A stretch of DNA of 11,977 nucleotides, from assembly GCA_043754515.1 (NCBI GenBank), contig JAYUUO010000140.1, positions 1-11,977 on the forward strand, written 5' to 3'. Below, piece after piece: positions 1 to 6,718 of the stretch. Within the stretch, counting starts at the first letter, position 1, and every line of letters starts with the position of its first letter. The stretch is from Armatimonadota bacterium. GTDB lineage: Bacteria > Armatimonadota > Armatimonadia > Armatimonadales > Armatimonadaceae. The notes under the pieces are model-generated. The model saw only the letters and a list, made by a program, of their open reading frames with translations, was not told where the DNA came from and made no database searches. The position numbers were made by a program, and so were the translations under genes.

Positions 1-2
1 GA

Positions 3-173
3 GCCGCTGCTTCTCGCGATCTGGCGCGCAAGAGCCGCTGCTTCTCTCGCCGGATCGGGGCACTGTTGCGGGCGGTGGATCTGTTCGTGCTGGGCTGGAG
101 CCGTCGGCAGCGGTTCCGGCGAGCCTACCCCAATCTCCGGAGCAAACTCACCGATTTCATCACACAAATCTAG
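3..173 (+). pseudogene. IS1-family transposase C-terminal fragment (5'-partial, probably degenerate)
   Basis: Frame 3 reads ...DLARKSRCFSRRIGALLRAVDLFVLGWSRRQRFRRAYPNLRSKLTDFITQI* (TAG 171-173). This resembles the LARxSRCFSR...LFV..WNRRQ C-terminus of IS1/InsB-type transposases as I recall them. Similarity breaks down in the first ~20 nt, where GAGCCGCTGCTTCTC occurs twice (1-15, 32-46). Not in the ORF track. Confidence 0.65.
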
Positions 174-181
174 ACAATCTC

Positions 182-211
182 TAGCGTCCGGTACTGTCCG
201 GTAGCATCCGG
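182..211. repeat. Three tandem imperfect 10-bp repeats (TAGCGTCCGG TACTGTCCGG TAGCATCCGG)
   Basis: TCCGG at 187, 197 and 207, exactly 10 bp apart; consensus TAnnnTCCGG. Confidence 0.7.
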
Positions 212-304
212 CACCAATTAGAAGATATGAACGTGCCTTGATTACAAGAATACTAGCGGCTAAACGACTCCGGCAGACCCGACCTCAGCCGGTAGAATCT
301 CGCG

Positions 305-340
305 TCGCGGGTAATGCGGATTCGCCCGCATTACTCGCGA
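305..340. terminator. 15-bp stem-loop immediately downstream of the peptidase stop codon
   Basis: TCGCGGGTAATGCGG (305-319), loop ATTCGC, CCGCATTACTCGCGA (326-340); 14/15 Watson-Crick pairs. No clear U-tract, so a terminator role is inferred from position only. Confidence 0.5.
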
Positions 341-341
341 T

Positions 342-1187
342 TCACGCACCCAGGCCGAGCGGGCGTTCGTGGCGATTCCGGCGGCGCAGGTACGTGATCA
401 GACGCGCCGCCGGGTCCTGCCGGTAGTAGCCTCGCAGTACCGAATACAGGTCACGCCAGCGTCGGCGCAGGGCGCGGGGCCGTTCAAAGAACGCCTCGGT
501 CGCGACCGCGAAGAACTCGGCGGCGTTGGTCGCGCCGTACGGGTCGAGCACCAGATCGTCGTCCAGACCGCGATACCGCCAGTAGATCCGCCCGCGCAGG
601 CGGTCGTATGCCCGGTTCATCACACGGTGCCACTCGTCGTATTGCGCCTGCCCGTACAGCACCGGCGTTCCTTCCGCATTCCCATCCTCCATGTCAAGTT
701 TGTGCGCGAACTCATGTAGCACCACGTTCGACCCACGCGCGACGCCGCGTCCGCCCGCCCGCGCGTCCGCCCACGAGAGTATTACCGGCCCGCCGCGCCA
801 CGCCTCGCCGAGCCGCCACGAGTGCCCCGTTTCCACGACCCCCGCCGGCCCCGACGCCCGCGTTTCCGGCACCTTATATCCCGCCGGGTACACAATGATC
901 GTGCCGACCCCGTGGAAGTAGTCGTCGCGGTCCGGCAATCCGAGCGTCAGCAGGCACGCCAGCGCGGAGATCGTCACCGTGATCTCGTCGGTCAGCACGA
1001 GGCCGCCCGCGCCCTCCCATGTCTTCTCGGCGCGGAAGATGCGCAGGTCGTCGAGAAGTTGCGCCCGCTCCGCCTCCGACAGCACGGCGAAGTGGGAAAC
1101 GTTCCGCCGCACGTAGCCGAACCAGTCGCCGGGGAACGGTTCGCGGGTGATGCTTTCGCGGCGGCGTTTCTTGAAGAAATCGAACAT
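342..1187 (-). CDS. Zinc-dependent peptidase, M90 family (MtfA/YeeI-like), 281 aa
   Basis: HExxH motif NVVLHEFAHKLDMEDG; YGATNAAEFFAVATEAFFERP; LGEAWRGGPVILSW; YYRQDP near the C-terminus. Start set at MFDFFKKRRR (ATG 1187); the longer ORF to 1358 crosses the divergent promoter region. Confidence 0.9.
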   Translation of the reverse strand: MFDFFKKRRRESITREPFPGDWFGYVRRNVSHFAVLSEAERAQLLDDLRIFRAEKTWEGAGGLVLTDEITVTISALACLLTLGLPDRDDYFHGVGTIIVYPAGYKVPETRASGPAGVVETGHSWRLGEAWRGGPVILSWADARAGGRGVARGSNVVLHEFAHKLDMEDGNAEGTPVLYGQAQYDEWHRVMNRAYDRLRGRIYWRYRGLDDDLVLDPYGATNAAEFFAVATEAFFERPRALRRRWRDLYSVLRGYYRQDPAARLITYLRRRNRHERPLGLGA

Positions 1188-1270
1188 ATCGGGTGGCAGG
1201 GCGTGTGCGGCGTGGGTATCTTCTTCTACCAGTGCCGTGTCGGTTCGGTTCCCACGGCGGTTTGCCGTGG

Positions 1271-1289
1271 CGGGGAACGTTGTTCCCCG
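1271..1289. promoter_or_regulatory. Perfect inverted repeat CGGGGAAC-GTT-GTTCCCCG, candidate operator
   Basis: 8-bp perfect arms in the middle of the divergent peptidase/manB intergenic region. Confidence 0.4.
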
Positions 1290-1366
1290 TCCGCGCCCCA
1301 AGCGTAGCGAATCGGGTATCCTGTCGGGGAAGGACCGCCTCGCTCTACTTACACCCATTTACACCT

Positions 1367-3013
1367 ATGAACACCGACTCGCTACGCGCCCATCTTTCCT
1401 ACACCCCCCGCGAACTCCGCTTCGGCACGAGCGGGCGACGGGGCGAAGTGGTGGACCTCACCCAGCTCGAAATCACGATCAACGCCACGGCGGAACTGCG
1501 CTACCTGCTCTCGCTCCCCGCCGAGCAGGGCGGAATCCGCGCGGGTGACAATTTCTACTATGCGTACGACCTGCGCCCGTCGTCGAGCCGCTTCGTGCCG
1601 GAGCAGGGCGACAACGGCGAGATCGCGCAGGCTGTCGCGCGGGCGATTCGCGGTGCCGGACTGACGCCCGTTAATCTCGGGCAGGTGCCGACGCCCGCGC
1701 TGACCGGCTACGCGCTCGCGCATGGCTCCGGTAGCATGATGATCACTGGCAGCCATATCCCATTCGACCGCAACGGCTATAAGACCAACTCCGCGCGGGG
1801 CGAACTGCGTAAGACGGACGAGGAGCCTATCGGTCGCGCCGTCGCCGCCGTACGCGACGAGTACTACAATCAGAGTTTCGCCGAATCGCCGTTCGATGAG
1901 CGGGGCAAGTTCAAGACCGGCTCGGAGCCGCTTGCGCCCGTGACCGATGGCGCCAAAGTGGCATATCTGGCGCGATACCGCGACTTCTTCGCGGGCGACA
2001 CGCTGGCCGGTAAGCGCGTACTCGTCTACCAGCACTCGGCGGTCGGACGTGATTTGATCATCGAAATGCTCCAGATGCTCGGCGCGGAGGCGATTCCGGC
2101 GGGCCGTAGCGAGACGTTCGTGCCGATTGACACCGAAAACATCGGCGACGCGGAACTCGCCATTATTCAGACACTGGCGGATGACGTGACCGCGAAGCGC
2201 GGCGTGCAGGACGCGGTGGTATCGCTCGACGGGGACAGCGACCGCCCGCTCCTGCTCGGGGTTGACAATGGCCGCGTGCATTTTTTCGGCGGCGACCTGC
2301 TCGGAATAGTCGTCGCGCAGTTCCTCGGCGCGGGCGCGGTCGTGGTGCCGATTTCCTGCAACGACGCCATTGATCGCGGCGAACTGCGCGACAAACTCGA
2401 ACCCAAAACCAAGATCGGGTCGCCGTACGTGATCGCCGGGATGGATCGGGCGCGGGCGGGCGGCAAGGCGAACATCTGCGGCTGGGAGGCGAACGGCGGC
2501 TTTTTGACCGGCTCGGACATCACGAGAAACGGCAAGATGCTGACCGCGCTCCCGACCCGCGACGCGTTCCTGCCCCTACTCAGCGCGTTGTTCGCAGCGA
2601 AGGCTCAAGGCAAGAGCGTGGTGGAACTGTTCGCCGCGCTCCCGAAACGCTTCAGCAAAGCCGCGCTCCTGACGAATTTCCCGCGCGAGAACAGCGAGCG
2701 GATCGTCGCCTTTCTGACGCCCGGCGCGGACCGCGACGAAGCCGAAGTGAGGCGCGAACTCGAATCGGTGTTCACGCCCGCGCTCGGGTTCGCGCCCGTT
2801 TCACGCCTGGACTACACCGACGGAGTGCGCGTCTACTTCGCGAACGGCGACGTGGCGCATATACGGCCGTCCGGGAACGCGCCGGAGCTACGCATCTACG
2901 CCGTCGCGGATACCCAGGATCGCGCCGACGCCATCGCGCGAGATGGGGTCGCGGAGCCGGACGGCATTCTGCGCCAATTAGACAGGGCCAGCGGGCCGGG
3001 AGAAAGCAAGTGA
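1367..3013 (+). CDS. manB: Phosphomannomutase (alpha-D-phosphohexomutase family), 548 aa
   Basis: FGTSGRRG; catalytic-Ser loop ITGSHIPFDRNGYK; metal loop DGDSDR; sugar loop GWEANGG; phosphate loop HIRPSGNAPELRIY. Start at MNTDSL (ATG 1367). Stop overlaps the manA start (GTGA). Confidence 0.92.
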   Translation: MNTDSLRAHLSYTPRELRFGTSGRRGEVVDLTQLEITINATAELRYLLSLPAEQGGIRAGDNFYYAYDLRPSSSRFVPEQGDNGEIAQAVARAIRGAGLTPVNLGQVPTPALTGYALAHGSGSMMITGSHIPFDRNGYKTNSARGELRKTDEEPIGRAVAAVRDEYYNQSFAESPFDERGKFKTGSEPLAPVTDGAKVAYLARYRDFFAGDTLAGKRVLVYQHSAVGRDLIIEMLQMLGAEAIPAGRSETFVPIDTENIGDAELAIIQTLADDVTAKRGVQDAVVSLDGDSDRPLLLGVDNGRVHFFGGDLLGIVVAQFLGAGAVVVPISCNDAIDRGELRDKLEPKTKIGSPYVIAGMDRARAGGKANICGWEANGGFLTGSDITRNGKMLTALPTRDAFLPLLSALFAAKAQGKSVVELFAALPKRFSKAALLTNFPRENSERIVAFLTPGADRDEAEVRRELESVFTPALGFAPVSRLDYTDGVRVYFANGDVAHIRPSGNAPELRIYAVADTQDRADAIARDGVAEPDGILRQLDRASGPGESK

Positions 3014-4272
3014 ATAACGACAAACTACCCGCGCTGATCCCGATCACCGGCACCGTGCAACACTACGACTGGGGCGGCTACACGTTCCTGCCCGACCTGC
3101 TCGGCGAGCCGAACCCGGACCACCAGCCGTTCGCGGAACTCTGGCTCGGCGCGCACCCGAACGCGCCCGCTATCGCCCATATCGGCGGCGAGGCGATCCC
3201 GCTCGATCGTCTGTTCGCAGATCACGCGACCGAACTGCTCGGCGAGGCGGTGGCGGCGCGGTTCGCGGGGCGGCTTCCTTACCTGCTCAAAGTGCTGGAC
3301 GCGCGGCGGATGCTCTCGATTCAGGCCCACCCGACCAAAGCCGAAGCCGAAGCCGGGTTCGCCCGTGAGAACGCCGCCGGGGTGCCGCTCAAAGCCACCA
3401 ACCGCAACTACAAAGACGATAACCACAAGCCCGAAGTACATATTACGCTAACCGAATTCACCCTGCTCCACGGCTTCCGCCCGCTGGAGGAGATCGCGGC
3501 GGAACTGGCGCGGGTGCCGGAACTGTCCGCGCTCGCCCCCGATTTCGCCGCGCGGCTGAGCGGCGCGGGCACCGACGAGACGGCACGTCAGTCGCTCCTT
3601 CGCGCCCTGTACGAGCGGGCGATGACGCTCGCGCAACCGGACGTTGACGCGCTGTTAAACCCGCTCCTGGAACGGCTCGCCGCGCAAGCCGCGCCGGACA
3701 AAGCCAGCCCCGACTTCTGGGCACTCCGCGCCGCTAGCGAGTTCCCGCTCCCGGACAACCACCGCGACCGGGGCATCTTCAGCATCTATCTGCTGAATCT
3801 GGTTCATTTGCAGCCGGGGCAGGGCACATTCCAGCCAGCGGGTACGCTCCACGCCTATCTCGAAGGCGCGAACATGGAGCTGATGGCGAACTCGGATAAC
3901 GTGCTACGCGGCGGCCTCACCCCCAAGCACGTGGACGTCACCGAACTGCTCTCAGTCGTGAACTTTCAGAGCGGCAAGCCCGAGATTCTGAATGGCACGG
4001 CGGTTTCGCCGTCCGAAACGGCGTACCCGACGCTCGCCGCCGAGTTCGTACTCAGCCGGATCACGCTCGCGGATGGCGAGTCGCACGCCGCCCGCGCCGA
4101 CGCCGGGCCGGTCACGCTGTTCGTCCGGGAGGGCGTCGCGGAGGTTACATCAGGCGGGGAGACACAGACGCCGGGACGCGGGCAGGCGGTGCTGGTGCCG
4201 TTCGGGCGCGAGTACCGCGTCCGCGCGGCGGGCGGCGCGGGCGCGACGGTGTATAAGGCGTCGGTGCCATAG
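3010..4272 (+). CDS. manA: Mannose-6-phosphate isomerase, class I, 420 aa
   Basis: QHYDWG, AELWLGAHP, LPYLLKVL, LSIQAHPTK, RNYKDDNHKPE, LHAYLEG, ELMANSDNVLRGGLTPKHVDV motifs; translationally coupled to manB. Confidence 0.96.
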   Translation: MNNDKLPALIPITGTVQHYDWGGYTFLPDLLGEPNPDHQPFAELWLGAHPNAPAIAHIGGEAIPLDRLFADHATELLGEAVAARFAGRLPYLLKVLDARRMLSIQAHPTKAEAEAGFARENAAGVPLKATNRNYKDDNHKPEVHITLTEFTLLHGFRPLEEIAAELARVPELSALAPDFAARLSGAGTDETARQSLLRALYERAMTLAQPDVDALLNPLLERLAAQAAPDKASPDFWALRAASEFPLPDNHRDRGIFSIYLLNLVHLQPGQGTFQPAGTLHAYLEGANMELMANSDNVLRGGLTPKHVDVTELLSVVNFQSGKPEILNGTAVSPSETAYPTLAAEFVLSRITLADGESHAARADAGPVTLFVREGVAEVTSGGETQTPGRGQAVLVPFGREYRVRAAGGAGATVYKASVP

Positions 4273-4281
4273 GTCGGCGTA

Positions 4282-4324
4282 ACCTCACCCCCCGGGCACC
4301 CTCCGGGTGCCCGGAGGGTGAGGT
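4282..4324. terminator. 20-bp GC-rich hairpin between convergent genes (terminator or REP-like)
   Basis: ACCTCACCCCCCGGGCACCC (4282-4301), loop TCC, GGGTGCCCGGAGGGTGAGGT (4305-4324); 19/20 paired; no U-tract. Confidence 0.6.
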
Positions 4325-4331
4325 CGCCCGA

Positions 4332-4925
4332 TTATCGTAGAACCGTCCCCCTCTTAAAAGGTTGGTAAGGCTCGGGGGCACTGAACCGCTCGGTCATCTG
4401 CCCCATTGTGACGTCAAAATGGTCAAGCAGGTCTGCGTAGACGAAGCAATAGTATGAAACCCAAAGCAGGGCGACTTTGCCATCACGTCGCACGCGCCAG
4501 CCGACTACCCAGCAATACGAACCGGCGGGTTCATCGCTAATCTCCTTGACGCATCGCGCGAGAAAAAACGGGCTACGCGGCTGATCGTCCAGCAACTCTT
4601 GAAGCCGGTCGGAGAGCCGTGTTATGAAACCGGCGCGTGACAACGGTTCATCGCGCGGGCCTTCGACGACATTTCGAGCGAGAGCGAGAGCGGGCGGATA
4701 CCTCTCGCCCGACGACATCAGCGATGACAAAGGATCCGGTACTACCTCGGCCGGTAACGCGATCTTGCTCCGATCAATGTAACCTATGCCGCACAGGGCG
4801 AAGCCCGTTATAGCGTCACCGCAAGAAATTTGGGCGAAGTCGCCTCTGAACTCGCAACCAGGAGGCAACGCCACCTGATTGTAGACTCCGTCTTCGCATT
4901 TTTCGTAGTTCGTCAGGATATACAT
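4332..4925 (-). CDS. Hypothetical protein, 197 aa
   Basis: Uninterrupted ORF with globular-protein composition in a lower-GC stretch, no competing ORF, co-oriented with the upstream membrane gene; no motif recognised. Confidence 0.7.
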   Translation of the reverse strand: MYILTNYEKCEDGVYNQVALPPGCEFRGDFAQISCGDAITGFALCGIGYIDRSKIALPAEVVPDPLSSLMSSGERYPPALALARNVVEGPRDEPLSRAGFITRLSDRLQELLDDQPRSPFFLARCVKEISDEPAGSYCWVVGWRVRRDGKVALLWVSYYCFVYADLLDHFDVTMGQMTERFSAPEPYQPFKRGTVLR

Positions 4926-4960
4926 GATGAATTTTAGAAGTCAATATCTGACAACGTGAC

Positions 4961-5581
4961 TCAATACACGACGATATTTCTCTTGTAATCACTCGGGCTT
5001 AATGGATTGAGGGTAAGATCAAAGAAGCAGTCTATGCGGTGATCGTCAACAAAACGAGCCGCTTTCACGCCCTCCGCAGGGTCTTCCTGGTCCAACTGTC
5101 TCCTTAACAAAACGCCGGGAATGATGTGTATATCCTGAACGACAACGACATAACCACTGCTCAACATTCTCTCGTACAGACAAAAATTCACGACATAATT
5201 GTCCTTCTTGAGAGTCTTCACGATCTTCATGTCAGGTTTATCGCCGCCTGATCGGAGAACCGCAATTTCGAATCCAGCGCTCAAAGACAAAAGAACAGAT
5301 ACGACTACGATCGGGATGGTAAGGGAAATCGCGATCGTCTTCGACAGACCTGGCTTCAACATTCGGCTGTTTATGATCAGCATACACGTCAGCGGAATGG
5401 AAGTGAGGAAAATGATGATTATGGCAACCGCGTTTAATCTATCACTCATAAAACAGAATCCGCCGGACGGCAAAGAATTCAAAGACCATAGGTTAATCAG
5501 CAGTACGATGTAGGTGATCCCGAAAACCCACAGGGCTTTTTTGAAGCGACTGTAGCTGATGATAATGGGCGAGTTGTTCAT
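4961..5581 (-). CDS. Hypothetical membrane protein (about 3 TM helices plus soluble C-terminal domain), 206 aa
   Basis: Hydrophobic segments ALWVFGITYIVLLINLW, AVAIIIIFLTSIPLTCMLII, IAISLTIPIVVVSVLLSLSAGF. ATG 5581 preferred (purine-rich GGAAGGG upstream) over TTG 5701. Confidence 0.72.
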   Translation of the reverse strand: MNNSPIIISYSRFKKALWVFGITYIVLLINLWSLNSLPSGGFCFMSDRLNAVAIIIIFLTSIPLTCMLIINSRMLKPGLSKTIAISLTIPIVVVSVLLSLSAGFEIAVLRSGGDKPDMKIVKTLKKDNYVVNFCLYERMLSSGYVVVVQDIHIIPGVLLRRQLDQEDPAEGVKAARFVDDHRIDCFFDLTLNPLSPSDYKRNIVVY

Positions 5582-5785
5582 AATCCGCGCGTGTCCCTTC
5601 CGTGTATCCTCGTATCGGCGTTCGGAGCTCTCGAATAAGCCGCAACGCTTACCGATGGTAACACCCGATACAGTCACCGCCTCGAACGTGAGTATGCTCA
5701 ATCACTACCAATATTTCGGAGTTCTGTTGCTATTGATACTCCCTAATGGCAACCATTGCCGTTCAAGATATGAGGGGGAAATGAG

Positions 5786-5857
5786 GGCCTTTGGCGGGAA
5801 TCGGACCCGCGACCTCTTCTTTACCAAAGAAGTGCTCTACCACTGAGCTACAAAGGC
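5786..5857 (-). tRNA. tRNA-Thr(GGT), CCA not encoded
   Basis: Minus strand GCCTTTG-TA-GCTC-AGTGGTA-GAGC-A-CTTCT-TTGGTAA-AGAAG-AGGTC-GCGGG-TCCGATT-CCCGC-CAAAGGC-C: complete cloverleaf, anticodon GGT. Confidence 0.97.
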
Positions 5858-5886
5858 GCACGGCGATTCGGGAGAATCGCCGGATG

Positions 5887-5915
5887 AATGTATCACGCTA
5901 CCGGGGGGGTGTCAA
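5887..5915 (-). promoter_or_regulatory. Sigma70-type promoter of tRNA-Thr
   Basis: TTGACA (5915-5910), 17-nt spacer, extended -10 TG-A-TACATT (-10 at 5892-5887). The -35 box contains the TGA stop of the upstream gene. Confidence 0.85.
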
Positions 5916-6718
5916 GCGACTTTGACCGGGCGGGGCGGGTACGCCGAGAGCGTCAGGGCGGGGAGGTACAGCACCGAATGCGGCGCGCCCGCCTCCTCGA
6001 CCGACAACACCGCGAGTTCGCGCCACGGGGTGAGGCGCGCCGACACTAGTTTGACCAGCGTCGGGGTCGGGATGACGGCGGGGAACGCGATGGGCGCGCC
6101 CCCTACCCAGCCCTCGGCTCCGGCGGACGGCGTGAAGTAGATCGCCTCCCGGCGCAACAAGAACTGGCTCATGTCGTCCAGGGTCGCGAACGGCACGGGG
6201 ATCAGCGCGGGATTGTCAGACGGGCACAGGTCCCATTCCGTGGTCCCGCGGTCGGCGACCGTGCGCAGTTGGTAGCCGTTGAACGAGCCGCGCACCGGGT
6301 CGCCCGCGATATGCACGGTGGCGCGGGCAAAATCGGCGTCTTTTTGTAGCACGCGTTGCGCCAGATACATGCGGTCGGCGGTGTAGAACGAGCGCAAAAT
6401 AAACGCGCCCGGTCGCCCCCCGCTCACTCGCCCCAGGACGCGGTACGTGATCTCGCGGTACGTCTCGCCGCTCCCCTCGGGCGAGAGTGCCCAGCGGGCG
6501 TCCTCATAAAAAGCGCACGTCGTCTGGACGAAAGCGACCAATTCGCCGTTCTCGTTCGGGAGCCGGTCCGGCATAAATCCGTCGGGCAGGTGCGGCGTCA
6601 CACGCGCGGTCGGCACGGTGTACGTCAGCACCGCCATGTCGGAAAGGCGCAGGGTCGCGGTCGCCGCGCCTTTTTCGGGGGCTTCCAGCCCGGTTTTAAT
6701 CTTTTGCCAGAGGGTCAC
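5912..6718 (-). CDS. DUF2071/YqjF-like protein (acetoacetate decarboxylase-like fold), 268 aa
   Basis: Pattern DMAVLTYTVP..RVTPHLPDGF.PD...AFV...YREITYRV....GRPGAFILRS resembles DUF2071; GTG start overlaps the upstream TGA (GTGA). Confidence 0.65.
   Translation of the reverse strand: MTLWQKIKTGLEAPEKGAATATLRLSDMAVLTYTVPTARVTPHLPDGFMPDRLPNENGELVAFVQTTCAFYEDARWALSPEGSGETYREITYRVLGRVSGGRPGAFILRSFYTADRMYLAQRVLQKDADFARATVHIAGDPVRGSFNGYQLRTVADRGTTEWDLCPSDNPALIPVPFATLDDMSQFLLRREAIYFTPSAGAEGWVGGAPIAFPAVIPTPTLVKLVSARLTPWRELAVLSVEEAGAPHSVLYLPALTLSAYPPRPVKVA

Noticed and set aside
1275..1285. LexA box in the manB promoter
   Set aside because: Spacing is GAAC-N3-GTTC, not the N4 of the Gram-positive-type SOS box.
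1188..1366. N-terminal extensions of the peptidase (to 1358) and manB (from 1193), likewise fabI from 8403 and crtI from 9467
   Set aside because: Extensions are low-complexity, overlap each other or promoter-like motifs, and precede the family-typical N-termini.
1382..2281. 299-aa antisense ORF and the many other overlapping ORFs in the track (e.g. 369-719, 822-1307, 3025-3441, 6356-6880, 7471-7953, 9052-9837, 10574-11011)
   Set aside because: Shadow ORFs expected in high-GC coding DNA; they overlap well-supported genes and show no recognisable motifs.
4273..4331. Duplicated tRNA-Thr 3' end (att) at the far side of the islet
   Set aside because: Searched by eye; no copy of GGCCTTTGGCGGG found.
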